Below are positions 17,822-27,575 of a DNA stretch of 64,000 bases, piece by piece. Each line of letters opens with the position of its first letter. Position 1 is the first letter of the stretch. This DNA comes from Bacillota bacterium (GTDB taxonomy: Bacteria > Bacillota > Clostridia > Lachnospirales > Lachnospiraceae). The position numbers and the translations under genes were made by a program. The notes under the pieces were generated by a model. The model saw only the letters and a list, made by a program, of their open reading frames with translations, had not been told where the DNA came from and did no database searches. Where the stretch lies: contig JAEXNR010000051.1 in assembly GCA_023439505.1 (NCBI GenBank), positions 35,367 through 99,366 on the forward strand. Reading direction: 5' to 3'.

Positions 17822-18979
17822 ATGAAACATGAAAAAATTACAAGAAAATTAGCTGCGTTGGCATTATGCGGTCTAATGGTGTTCTCTTTAATGGGTTGTT
17901 CCAAACCGTCTTCCACTTCTACAGAGGGGGGGAGTTCCACAGGACCTATTAAGATCGGTACTTCCTTTCCGTTATCAGGTACGGTTGCGGCCGACGGTCA
18001 GTACATCGTAAATGCCATCAAATTTGCCGTAGATCAGTGTAATGAAGCAGGTGGAATTAAGGGCCGGACAGTAGAAGTGGTTTCAGAGGATGATGAATCA
18101 GATCCGACTTCGGCAGCAGCAATAGCAAATAAATTCTCTGAGGATAAGAGTATTCTCGCAGTAGTTACCTCCTATAACAGCTCCTGTGCATTGGCTCAGG
18201 TTCCGGTTTATAAAGAAGCCGGATTACCTGCAATCAGTCCTGTTTCCACATCGCCGGATCTAACCGGTGCAAGTGATTATTTCTTCCGTACCTGTGCATC
18301 AGATGCCTATGTAGGAAAGCTTGGTGCTGACTATTGTAATGATCTGGGCTGGAAGAAGGTTGCACTGTTGTATGAGCAGGATGATTATGGCTTGGGAATT
18401 TCTAATAAATTCAGTAATGAAGCAGACAGCCTGGGACTGGAGATCGCTTACACCGGAACCTTCGTATACGGAGAGACCAAGGATTTCAGCTCTATCCTGA
18501 CCAGTATCAAAGAAGCGAAGGTGGATGGAATCTTTATCTGCGGTCTGGTTACCGAGACAGCATTAATTGCGAACCAGGCAGATACCCTTGGAATCGGCGA
18601 CGTTCCAATCTGCGGAGCGGATGGATTATATTCACCGGCACTGATCTCAGAAGGCGGAGCCGCAGTGGAGGGAGTATATACTCTGGGAGCATTTACCCCG
18701 GATAACCCGGATAAAAAAGTACAGGACTTTGTGACTGCTTATAAAGCAAAATACAAAGAAGAGCCCTCCAACTGGGCAGCACTCGCTTACGATGCCACCA
18801 ATGTAGTTCTGGAAGCAATGAAAACCTGCGATAAACTGGATCGGGAATCAATTAAGAATGCCATGACAGATATCAGCTATGAGGGTGTAACAGGGCTGAA
18901 TAAATTTGTAAAAGGCGATGTTGAGAAAGCTTATTTGAAATTTGTAGTAAAAGACGGAAAATTTGATATCTATGAGTAA
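17822..18979 (+). CDS. LIV-type (HAAT) ABC substrate-binding lipoprotein
   Basis: Lipobox LMGC; IKIG..FPLSG, N.AGGI.GR, YFFRT, DDYG.G, AYDA. Confidence 0.9.
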   Translation: MKHEKITRKLAALALCGLMVFSLMGCSKPSSTSTEGGSSTGPIKIGTSFPLSGTVAADGQYIVNAIKFAVDQCNEAGGIKGRTVEVVSEDDESDPTSAAAIANKFSEDKSILAVVTSYNSSCALAQVPVYKEAGLPAISPVSTSPDLTGASDYFFRTCASDAYVGKLGADYCNDLGWKKVALLYEQDDYGLGISNKFSNEADSLGLEIAYTGTFVYGETKDFSSILTSIKEAKVDGIFICGLVTETALIANQADTLGIGDVPICGADGLYSPALISEGGAAVEGVYTLGAFTPDNPDKKVQDFVTAYKAKYKEEPSNWAALAYDATNVVLEAMKTCDKLDRESIKNAMTDISYEGVTGLNKFVKGDVEKAYLKFVVKDGKFDIYE

Positions 18980-19102
18980 AATCCTGTCAAATCATCGGGG
19001 CGACAACTCTGAGTAAACATCAATGTAAATGATATGGACTGCTGCAAAACCATATGGGATATGGAATTGCAGCAGTCCGGGAAGAAGGGGGATGAAGTTA
19101 AG

Positions 19103-19975
19103 ATGTTTCTCCAACAGTTAGTAAATGGATTAACAATTGGCGGGATCTATGCAATGGTTGCTTTGGGATATTCTATGGTTTACGGTGTTTTACAGATTGT
19201 AAACTGGGCGCATGCGGATGTCTTAATGGTGGGTACCTTTATCGGGCTGATCTTTGTTACCAAATTGAACATGCCGGTTATTGTTATGGTACTGCTTGCC
19301 GCAGCTGCTACAGCGATCATCGGAATTACGGTAGAAAGGGTGGCATATCGTCCGATCCAGTCATCGAACAGAAGAATGGCGGTACTGGTAAGTGCACTTG
19401 GAATGTCAGTGTTCCTTCAGAATCTGGCGCAGCTTATCTTTGGAAGTTCTACCAAGGCTTTTCCGACCATTGAGAAAGTTCCGTACACCCTGGGGTCGGT
19501 TTCCTTTACCAATATACAGATTATCATCGGAATTATTACGATAATGATGCTTACCATTCTGTATATCATGGTGTATAAATCCAAAATGGGAGTTGCCATG
19601 AGAGCCTGTTCCGTGAGCATACCCAATGCGAAACTAATGGGAATCAATACGAATGCCATTATTTCCATTACCTTTGGACTTGGTACCTTTATGGCAGGTA
19701 TTGCAGGTATCTGTATCGGTACCTATTATAATGCGGTTTATCCCACTATGGGCTATATGCTGGGAATGAAGGCCTTTTCCGCTGCGATTCTTGGCGGTAT
19801 CGGTTCCATACCCGGGGCAGTTGTAGGTGGATTCTTAATTGGCATTATTGAAAGTCTCGGCTCCGGATATCTGTCTTCCGGTTATCGGGATGCCTATGCC
19901 TTTATTATCATGATCGTCATACTGGTATTGCGTCCATCAGGTATTATGGGAGCAAAACACGTTGATAAAGTCTAG
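19103..19975 (+). CDS. LivH-family ABC permease
   Basis: QQLVNGL..G.IYA.VALGY..VYG; AF.AAILGGIGSIPGA. Confidence 0.92.
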   Translation: MFLQQLVNGLTIGGIYAMVALGYSMVYGVLQIVNWAHADVLMVGTFIGLIFVTKLNMPVIVMVLLAAAATAIIGITVERVAYRPIQSSNRRMAVLVSALGMSVFLQNLAQLIFGSSTKAFPTIEKVPYTLGSVSFTNIQIIIGIITIMMLTILYIMVYKSKMGVAMRACSVSIPNAKLMGINTNAIISITFGLGTFMAGIAGICIGTYYNAVYPTMGYMLGMKAFSAAILGGIGSIPGAVVGGFLIGIIESLGSGYLSSGYRDAYAFIIMIVILVLRPSGIMGAKHVDKV

Positions 19976-19995
19976 GAAAGGGAAGGAGGCTTATC

Positions 19996-20979
19996 GTGAG
20001 TAAATTGAAATCAATTCATATTTCCAGAGGAATGAAGATGATATTGCTGGCCGTTCTTATGGTACTTTTGCTTATCATTCCCTTTGTTGTAACCAATAAA
20101 TATATTCTCCATATTATTATTTCCTGCTTCATCTATTCCTGCCTGTCACTTAGTCTGAACCTGATTATAGGCGTATCGGGTCAGTTCTCACTTGGTCATG
20201 TTACGTTTTATGGAATCGGAGCTTATGCCACCACCTTGCTGATGATGAAGGCAGATATGTCTTTCTGGCTGGCTACCATCATCAGTGCGGTACTGGTTGG
20301 GATATGCGGGTGGCTGTTGGCGTTACCGACTCTTAACTTAAGGGGAGATTATCTGGCGGTTGTTACACTGGGTTTTGGGGAGATTTTTCGTCTGTTCGTT
20401 ACAAACAGTATTAATCTTACCCGCGGACCCATGGGAATACCCGGAATTCCGGCTCCCAGAATTGGAAGTTTTAAGATTAACAGTAAGGTGGAGTTCTATT
20501 TTATGGCGCTGATTCTGCTGATTCTGGTTCTTGTCTTCATGAGCAGACTGATGAACTCCGGTGTGGGCATGTCCATGCTGACCGTGAAAGAAGATGATAT
20601 TGCCGCATCGGCAATCGGAATCTATCCGGTAAAATACAAACTCTGGGCCTTTGTCATCGGTGCCGTAATCGCCGGAATTATGGGAAGCTTTTATGCGGTA
20701 TATCTGGCCTTTATCAGTCCCAGCAGCTTTCAGTACAGTGAGTCGATTTCCATGGTTTCCATGGTTGTACTGGGCGGAATGGGCAGTATACCGGGATCTG
20801 TTCTGGGTGCGATCATCCTTACTGTATTACCGGAAGTTCTTCGTTCCTTCAGCCAATACCGCATGATTATCTTTGGCGCCGCTATGGTAGTCATGATGAT
20901 TTTTAAACCCAACGGAATCTGGGGTCTGGATAAAAGAACAAGAAATATCTATAAGATAAAAGCTGGAAGGGGTGCGTGA
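19996..20979 (+). CDS. LivM-family ABC permease
   Basis: GQFSLGH, LRGDYLAVVTLGFGEI, VVLGGMGS. Confidence 0.92.
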   Translation: MSKLKSIHISRGMKMILLAVLMVLLLIIPFVVTNKYILHIIISCFIYSCLSLSLNLIIGVSGQFSLGHVTFYGIGAYATTLLMMKADMSFWLATIISAVLVGICGWLLALPTLNLRGDYLAVVTLGFGEIFRLFVTNSINLTRGPMGIPGIPAPRIGSFKINSKVEFYFMALILLILVLVFMSRLMNSGVGMSMLTVKEDDIAASAIGIYPVKYKLWAFVIGAVIAGIMGSFYAVYLAFISPSSFQYSESISMVSMVVLGGMGSIPGSVLGAIILTVLPEVLRSFSQYRMIIFGAAMVVMMIFKPNGIWGLDKRTRNIYKIKAGRGA

Positions 20980-20980
20980 G

Positions 20981-21763
20981 ATGGAGAAGGTACTTCAGGT
21001 ATCCAATGTTACCATCCGCTTTGGCGGTTTAACTGCTGTGGACAGCGTCAGTATCGAGCAAAAGAGAGGAGAGATCCTGTCTCTTATCGGACCAAACGGT
21101 GCGGGAAAGACAACATTTTTTAATCTGCTTACCGGTGTTTACCAGCCCAATGAAGGAAGTATCATTTTTAAGGATAAAAACATAACCGGAATGAAGGCAT
21201 ATGAGCGAACCAACTTTGGAATCGCCAGAACTTTTCAAAATATCAGATTGTTCAAAAGTATGACGGTTCTGGAAAACATATTAATTGCACATCCAAACTG
21301 CAATCAGGAAAAACTCTGGAAATCTGTTCTGTTCCCCGGACATATGAGGAAAAAAAGAGGAGAGATTATTGATCAGTGCAACGAGCTTCTGGAGATGGTA
21401 GGACTTTTGGATATGGAGAAAGAATTAGCGATCAATCTACCTTATGGAAAACAGCGTCTGCTTGAAATTGCCAGAGGACTTGCAACAGACCCTCAACTGC
21501 TGCTTCTTGATGAGCCGGGCGCAGGTATGAACAATTTTGAAAAAGAGGAACTGACTAAGGTGGTCCATTATATTACGAAGCAGATGAAGAAGGATGTTCT
21601 GATTATTGAGCATGATATGAAGTTTGTCATGAACATATCGGACCGGATTGTTGTTCTTGATCATGGTATGAAAATTGCGGAAGGAATTCCCGGTGAGATA
21701 CAATCCAATGAAAAAGTAATCCAGGCATATCTAGGCAGCGGAACCTTTCAGGATGAAGCATAG
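20981..21763 (+). CDS. LivG-family ABC ATP-binding protein
   Basis: FGGL.AV, GPNGAGKTT, ARTFQNIRLF, LPYG.QR.LEIAR, EHDM. Confidence 0.93.
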   Translation: MEKVLQVSNVTIRFGGLTAVDSVSIEQKRGEILSLIGPNGAGKTTFFNLLTGVYQPNEGSIIFKDKNITGMKAYERTNFGIARTFQNIRLFKSMTVLENILIAHPNCNQEKLWKSVLFPGHMRKKRGEIIDQCNELLEMVGLLDMEKELAINLPYGKQRLLEIARGLATDPQLLLLDEPGAGMNNFEKEELTKVVHYITKQMKKDVLIIEHDMKFVMNISDRIVVLDHGMKIAEGIPGEIQSNEKVIQAYLGSGTFQDEA

Positions 21764-21789
21764 TGAAGGAAAGAAAAGGGGTGAATAGA

Positions 21790-22506
21790 ATGGGCCATAT
21801 ATTAGAAGTAAAGGATCTTAGCGTAAGTTACGGGGTGGTTCCTGCTTTGCAAAAGATTTCCTTTACCGTTGATGAGGGAGAAGTAGTTGCGCTCATCGGT
21901 CCCAATGGGGCGGGGAAAACAACTACCCTGCGTGCAATTTCAAGTCTGGTAAAATGCAATCCCAATTCAATCCTTTATGAAGGAACGGATATCTCTGTTA
22001 TTGAAGCGCACAAGCTGGTAAAAATGGGAGTATTGCAGGTTCCGGAGGGTAGAGGGATCTTCCCGAATCTGACGGTTGCGGAGAATATCAACCTGGGTGC
22101 ATATCTTCGAAAGGATAAAGCAGAGATTAAGAAGGACAGAGAATGGGTTTACAGCGTATTCCCCAGATTAAAAGAGCGATTGAATCAGGTAGGCGGAACC
22201 CTGTCCGGTGGGGAGCAGCAGATGTTAGCCATTGCAAGGGCGCTGATGGGCAGACCAAAACTTTTGCTCCTGGATGAACCCTCCATGGGGCTGGCACCGA
22301 TTATTGTGGAGGAGATTTTCAGAATTATTAAGAAAATAAACAGAGAAAATAATACGACCATATTACTGGTCGAACAGAATGCCCAGATGGCCTTAACCGT
22401 ATCCAAACGGGCTTATGTAATTGAAGTCGGAACGATTGTGAATGAAGGGTATTCCAGTGATTTGAAAAAGGATGATCAAATACAAAAGGCATATTTGGGA
22501 ATTTAA
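21790..22506 (+). CDS. LivF-family ABC ATP-binding protein
   Basis: GPNGAGKTT, VPEGR.IF, LSGGEQQMLA, DEPSMGLAP, VEQN. Confidence 0.93.
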   Translation: MGHILEVKDLSVSYGVVPALQKISFTVDEGEVVALIGPNGAGKTTTLRAISSLVKCNPNSILYEGTDISVIEAHKLVKMGVLQVPEGRGIFPNLTVAENINLGAYLRKDKAEIKKDREWVYSVFPRLKERLNQVGGTLSGGEQQMLAIARALMGRPKLLLLDEPSMGLAPIIVEEIFRIIKKINRENNTTILLVEQNAQMALTVSKRAYVIEVGTIVNEGYSSDLKKDDQIQKAYLGI

Positions 22507-22523
22507 TATCCGGGAGGGATTTC

Positions 22524-23156
22524 ATGAAGAATTATGTAATAACAATCGCAAGAGGATATGGCAGCGGCGGCAGGCAGATCGGAATGCAGCTTGCCGGGGA
22601 GCTTGGTATTCAATTCATTGATAAGGAATTGTTAAAGCTTGCATCCATCGAAAGCGGCATTAACGAAGCATTATTCTCTCTGGCTGATGAGCGGATCAAG
22701 AAGAATTTATTTAAACAAAGTAAAAAAAACTCCGTGGGATTTCTGCTTACTCCGGAGGATGAAGCATTCTTATCCGATGAAAACCTGTTTAACTATCAGG
22801 CCAGAATCTTAAGGCTGCTGTCTTTGTCGGAATCCTATGTGGTGATGGGAAGAGCTGCGGATTATATCTTAAAAGACAATAAAAATGTGGTCAGCGTCAA
22901 TATCCAGGCACCCTTTGAGGACTGCGTGAAGTCGATTATGATGCGGGCCGGTGTGGAGGAAAAACAGGCAATCAAAGCAATCAGAACCACGGATAAGTGC
23001 AGAGCAGATTACTATAAGTTTTATACCGGTAATGACTGGAATGATGTAACAAACTATGATATGACACTTAACAGTAAAAAAGTTGGAAGAGAGAAATGTG
23101 TAGAGGTGATTAAAAGCTATACAAAGCTTAAATTAGGAATTGAGATAGAAGGATAG
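22524..23156 (+). CDS. Cytidylate kinase-like family protein
   Basis: ITIAR.YGSGGR.IG, V.MGRAADYIL, D..R..YY.FYTG..W.....YD..LNS. Confidence 0.85.
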   Translation: MKNYVITIARGYGSGGRQIGMQLAGELGIQFIDKELLKLASIESGINEALFSLADERIKKNLFKQSKKNSVGFLLTPEDEAFLSDENLFNYQARILRLLSLSESYVVMGRAADYILKDNKNVVSVNIQAPFEDCVKSIMMRAGVEEKQAIKAIRTTDKCRADYYKFYTGNDWNDVTNYDMTLNSKKVGREKCVEVIKSYTKLKLGIEIEG

Positions 23157-23193
23157 GATGCGCGGACATTAGCGCAGAAATGAGGATAAAGAT

Positions 23194-24351
23194 ATGAATC
23201 ATTTTTTGTTTAAGGCTCCGACAAAAATAATATTCGGAGTGAATGAAGCATTAAAAATCAGTGAGTTATGCAGTCAGTTGGGTGCAAATAAACCATTTTT
23301 GGTTACAGATAAAGTCATTGCAACACTGGAACCGTTTCAAAATCTGGCAAAAGCCCTTATGGAAGCGGGAATCAGCTATGAACTGTTTACTGAGTGTGAG
23401 ATTGACCCGCCGGTAGAAGTGGTGGATCATGTGGCAAAGCTCTTAAAGGAGAGCGGTTGTGATCTGGTGATTGCAGTCGGAGGAGGCAGTTCTATCGATA
23501 CGGCAAAAGCAATCTGTATGCTTTATTCGAATGAGGGTTCTGTCAGGGATTATTTATTTGGAGGAACAAAGACGGTAACAAACCCCTCTCTGCCATTGAT
23601 TGCAGTCCCAACGACAGCGGGCAGCGGCAGCGAGGTAACAGCGGCCAGTGTCATTACCGATACGCAAAATAATATTAAATTATCTGTTACCCACGAATAT
23701 CTGCTGCCAAAGTTTGCAGTGGTTGACCCTATGATGCAGATCGGAATGCCGGGATTTATTACAGCTACCACCGGAATGGATGCCTTGACCCATGCGATTG
23801 AAGCATACGTGTCCTTAAATGCCAATCCCATCAGTGATGCTTATGCCCAGAAAGCAATGGAACTGATCCGTGGGCATATTAGAACGGCCATGTTTGTGCC
23901 CGGAGACCTTGTGGCGAGAAGCAACATGGCAATTGCCAGTGTTATGGCTGCCACAGCTTTTGTCCATGCAGGACTGGGAGCGGTTCACGGAATTTCCCAA
24001 TCCATCGGAGGAGTGGCACATGTTGCCCACGGCCTTTCCAATGCGATGATGCTTCCCTATGTGGTGGAAGTAAATATTCCGGGTAATATAAAGAAATTTG
24101 CGGAAATTGCAAAGCTTTTGGGGGAGGAGACCGGAGGACTTTCCTTAAGAAATCAGGCACTTCTTGCGGTGACGGCTATTGAGGGCCTGGTGAATGATCT
24201 AAGAATCCCAAGAAAGTTAAGAGAAGTGAATGTAACAGAGGAAATGTTTCCTGTCATTGTGAAAGGAACGATGGAATACAGACTTTTGGCTGTGAATCCC
24301 GTTAAGATCAGGGAGCAGGACGTATACGCGATACTGGAAAAAGCATTTTAG
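23194..24351 (+). CDS. Iron-containing alcohol dehydrogenase
   Basis: GGGS.ID.AK, PTTAGSGSEVT, G.DALTHAIEAY, H...H.G metal ligands. Confidence 0.92.
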   Translation: MNHFLFKAPTKIIFGVNEALKISELCSQLGANKPFLVTDKVIATLEPFQNLAKALMEAGISYELFTECEIDPPVEVVDHVAKLLKESGCDLVIAVGGGSSIDTAKAICMLYSNEGSVRDYLFGGTKTVTNPSLPLIAVPTTAGSGSEVTAASVITDTQNNIKLSVTHEYLLPKFAVVDPMMQIGMPGFITATTGMDALTHAIEAYVSLNANPISDAYAQKAMELIRGHIRTAMFVPGDLVARSNMAIASVMAATAFVHAGLGAVHGISQSIGGVAHVAHGLSNAMMLPYVVEVNIPGNIKKFAEIAKLLGEETGGLSLRNQALLAVTAIEGLVNDLRIPRKLREVNVTEEMFPVIVKGTMEYRLLAVNPVKIREQDVYAILEKAF

Positions 24352-24390
24352 TCTGCGGCATGGCAGATTACAATTCAAGGAGGAATAGAA

Positions 24391-25665
24391 ATGATGAAAT
24401 TTGATGACTACAAGGAATACTTAAGCCCGGCACTGGCCAAGGCTACTGATCTTGTTATGGTCAGCGGAAGCGGCTGTTACCTGACGGATATCAATGGGGA
24501 CCGGTATCTGGATTTTGTACAGGGGATAGCGGTGAATGCATTGGGCCATGCTCATCCCAAAGTGGTTGAGGCAATCTGTGAACAATCAAAGAACTTGATT
24601 AATGCATCCTTTAATCTGGTGAATTACGAGTCTACCTTAAAGCTGGCAAAAAGAATTTCAGAACTGGCACCGGGAGAATTGGGCTCTATCTTCTTCTCTA
24701 ACGGCGGAGCAGAAGCCAATGACGGTGCGATTAAGCTGGCGAAGGCATATACAAAGAGACCTTCCATTATTGCATTCAAAGGATCCTTCCATGGAAGGAC
24801 CATCGGGGCGACAGCAGTCACTGCCTCCAATTCCAAATACAGAAAATATTATGAACCGCATATGGGGGGTGTTTATTTTGCAACTTACCCCTGTGCTGAT
24901 CTATGTCCGAAGGGATTTAATGAAGAACAGATTACCCAATATTGTCTGGATGAAATCAAGAGTCTGTTTCAATATGTGGTGGCACCGGATACGGTGGCGG
25001 CTATTTTGATGGAGCCGGTTCAGGGAGAAGGCGGGTATGTGGTTCCTCCCGCAGCGTTTGTAAAAGGGGTACGGGATCTATGCACACAGCATGGCATCTT
25101 ACTCATCTTTGACGAGATTCAGGCAGGATATGGCCGTACCGGGAAGATGTTTGCCAGTGAGAATTTTGATGTTGTTCCCGATATCATGACCCTGGGAAAA
25201 GCAATCGCAGGTGGTTTGCCTATGAGCGCCGTGGTGAGCACACCAAAGATTATGAGCGAATGGCATGCAGGAATGCATGGCACAACCTTTGGAGGGAATC
25301 CTGTGGCAGCAGCGGCGGCAAATGCGGTACTGGATCAGTATGAAGACGGGAGCTTACTGGACAACTGTAATCAGATGGGGACATATTTAAGAGAGAAACT
25401 ATCCGAATTAAAGGAAAAGTATACCTGTATCTCGGATGTGAGAGGACTTGGTCTCATGGTTGCCATTGAATTCTCCCATGAGGATGGGACCCCTGCACCG
25501 GATCTGTGGAATAAGGTGAAGAAGTCCTGCCTGGAGCAGAAGATGCTTACCTTAAACTGCGGCGTTCATGGAAATGGAATGCGCTTTGCAACACCGTTAA
25601 ATGTTACAAAGAAGGAATTGGATGAGGGACTTATGATACTGGAACATGCATTGAAAGAATGTTAG
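24391..25665 (+). CDS. Class III PLP aminotransferase (GABA/ornithine/omega-amine type)
   Basis: GAEAN, SFHGRT, EPVQGEGG, FDEIQ.G.GRTG, GKAIAGGLP, HGTTFGGNP. Confidence 0.92.
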   Translation: MMKFDDYKEYLSPALAKATDLVMVSGSGCYLTDINGDRYLDFVQGIAVNALGHAHPKVVEAICEQSKNLINASFNLVNYESTLKLAKRISELAPGELGSIFFSNGGAEANDGAIKLAKAYTKRPSIIAFKGSFHGRTIGATAVTASNSKYRKYYEPHMGGVYFATYPCADLCPKGFNEEQITQYCLDEIKSLFQYVVAPDTVAAILMEPVQGEGGYVVPPAAFVKGVRDLCTQHGILLIFDEIQAGYGRTGKMFASENFDVVPDIMTLGKAIAGGLPMSAVVSTPKIMSEWHAGMHGTTFGGNPVAAAAANAVLDQYEDGSLLDNCNQMGTYLREKLSELKEKYTCISDVRGLGLMVAIEFSHEDGTPAPDLWNKVKKSCLEQKMLTLNCGVHGNGMRFATPLNVTKKELDEGLMILEHALKEC

Positions 25666-25676
25666 GAGGCGTTTGT

Positions 25677-26666
25677 ATGGCGAAAGTAGTTTACTATAAT
25701 ATTGATGATAATCTCAATTATGAGAATTCCCTGCTGGCAGATTGGGGAATTACAGATCTGGAATTGGTGGAGATTAAAGACAAAGAAGGCAAGAAATCAT
25801 TGATAGAGCACATTCGGGAAGAAAAAGCACAGGGACTTGTGGTGGAATATGAGAAGATTACCAGGGAAGTTCTGGATCAGCTGCCCAGTCTGAATATCGT
25901 TTCTCTGCAAAGCATCGGATATAACAATGTGGATATCAAAGCTGCCACAGAGCATGGAGTCTGCGTAACCAATGTCCCGGGGTTTTGCGCGCAGGAGGTA
26001 GCAGTTCATGCTGTTGGCATGACAATTGATCTGGTGAGAAAGATCAGCTTCTATGACCGTTGTGTCAGGGCAGGAAAATGGAATCCGCTTTTGGGCTATA
26101 AAACCTACCGTATGACGGGAATGACCTTTGGCATGGTATTCTTTGGAGAAATCCCAAAGACGATGGTACCCATCTTAAAGGCATTGGGGCTAAACATATT
26201 GGTATATGCACCCACCAAGTCAAAAGAGTATCTGGAAGAATTCGGATGCGAGAAGGCTGATACACTGGAGGATTTATTACAGACATCGGATTTTGTATCG
26301 CTGCATACCCCGTTGCTGCCTGAGACCACACACCTGATTTCTGAGCCGCAGCTTAAGCTGATGAAAAAAAGTTCGTTTCTGATTAATACGGCAAGAGGTG
26401 CCGTGGTGGATGAGCCGGCATTGGTTAAGGCCTTAAAAGAAGGCTGGATCAAGGGCGCGGGAATTGATGTTATTGAGGATGAAGTAAATGAGACCAGTGA
26501 ATTATTTTCTCTGGAGAATGTGGTGATTACACCGCATGCAGCCTTTATCTCGGAGGATTCTTTCTATGATGCCAGAGAGCGTTCCTTAAAACAGCTGGTC
26601 ATGCGCCTTAGTAAGAAGGAAAGACCGAATCATCTGGTAAATAAGGAGCTTGAGATCAGCTTTTAA
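25677..26666 (+). CDS. D-2-hydroxyacid dehydrogenase family (CtBP-like) with atypical Rossmann loop
   Basis: V.NVPG, SLH.PL..ET.HLI, INTARG.VVDE, DV.E.E, TPH.A; GMVFFGEIP replaces GxxGxGxxG. Confidence 0.88.
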   Translation: MAKVVYYNIDDNLNYENSLLADWGITDLELVEIKDKEGKKSLIEHIREEKAQGLVVEYEKITREVLDQLPSLNIVSLQSIGYNNVDIKAATEHGVCVTNVPGFCAQEVAVHAVGMTIDLVRKISFYDRCVRAGKWNPLLGYKTYRMTGMTFGMVFFGEIPKTMVPILKALGLNILVYAPTKSKEYLEEFGCEKADTLEDLLQTSDFVSLHTPLLPETTHLISEPQLKLMKKSSFLINTARGAVVDEPALVKALKEGWIKGAGIDVIEDEVNETSELFSLENVVITPHAAFISEDSFYDARERSLKQLVMRLSKKERPNHLVNKELEISF

Positions 26667-26761
26667 TACCCGGAAGACATAATGGCTATAGGGATAGTGA
26701 CGAATATTTGTAGAATATTTTATTGAATCTAAATTTAATTATTAGAAAGGAAGCTGATTAT

Positions 26762-27139
26762 ATGAAGAGAGAACAGATTTTAAGTGAGAAATGCGGAGAA
26801 TGCCATGGACCCTATGCCCTTGGCGTAAAGATGGGGAATTTGATATTCACCACACAGATTGGAACAGATATCACGGGAGAAATGGTATCAGGAGGAGTCA
26901 AAGAACAGACCAAAGCTACGCTGGAGAATGCAAAGAATGTGCTGGAAGCCGCAGGAGCAACTATGGATGATATCGCTAAGGTGACCATCTATGTTCTTGA
27001 TATGAGCGTAGTTCCTGAGATGAATGAAGTATATAAGACCTATTTCCCCAGCGGTAATTTCCCGGCAAGATGCTGCACTCAGTGCTCCGGTATGGTTGAC
27101 GGATGTCTGGTAGAGATGGAATTTACAGCAGTATTATAA
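26762..27139 (+). CDS. RidA/Rid-family imine deaminase
   Basis: GPY, EQT...LEN...VLEAAG, MNEVY..YF, FPAR (catalytic Arg present), VEME. Confidence 0.9.
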   Translation: MKREQILSEKCGECHGPYALGVKMGNLIFTTQIGTDITGEMVSGGVKEQTKATLENAKNVLEAAGATMDDIAKVTIYVLDMSVVPEMNEVYKTYFPSGNFPARCCTQCSGMVDGCLVEMEFTAVL

Positions 27140-27260
27140 AATACTTAGCAGGTCTGGCAGGCTGTATCAGCATGGCTGTTATATGATGCAGCTGAGGCAG
27201 CAGCCGGACCTGGCTGTAATATGTGATGGTTAGGGGAAGGAGCTTTCGGCGAATATGTGT

Positions 27261-27575
27261 ATGAGAGTAGAGAATCATGTGATTCTTCATGTGGGTCATA
27301 AAGAGGAACCGGTTGATATTACGGTGGATGACAGAGTCATCAAGGCTTTTGAGGGCGAACCCATACTTGCGGCCCTGATTGCCAACGAAATCAAAATTAA
27401 TCGGTACACTGTGAAGAAGCAGGAACCAAGAGGATTGTTTTGCGGGATCGGACAATGTACGGACTGTGCCATGATCGTGGATGGTCAGCCCAATGTCAGA
27501 ACCTGCATTACGCCTGTGAGAGCGGGAATGGTTATACAAACACAGAATGGATTGGCAGGTGGAATAAAGTCATGA
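27261..27575 (+). CDS. [2Fe-2S] subunit (HcnA/sarcosine oxidase alpha N-terminus-like)
   Basis: GE.I.AAL.A; RG.FCGIG.C.DC...VDG.PNVRTC.T. Confidence 0.88.
   Translation: MRVENHVILHVGHKEEPVDITVDDRVIKAFEGEPILAALIANEIKINRYTVKKQEPRGLFCGIGQCTDCAMIVDGQPNVRTCITPVRAGMVIQTQNGLAGGIKS

Noticed and set aside
17822..22506. livJHMGF symbols (branched-chain amino acid uptake)
   Set aside because: Family is clear but specificity is not; context suggests another substrate.
23173..23185. CGCAGAAATGAGG shared with the echC upstream region (~46034-46046)
   Set aside because: Only 13 bp and includes the RBS; chance or RBS convergence is sufficient.
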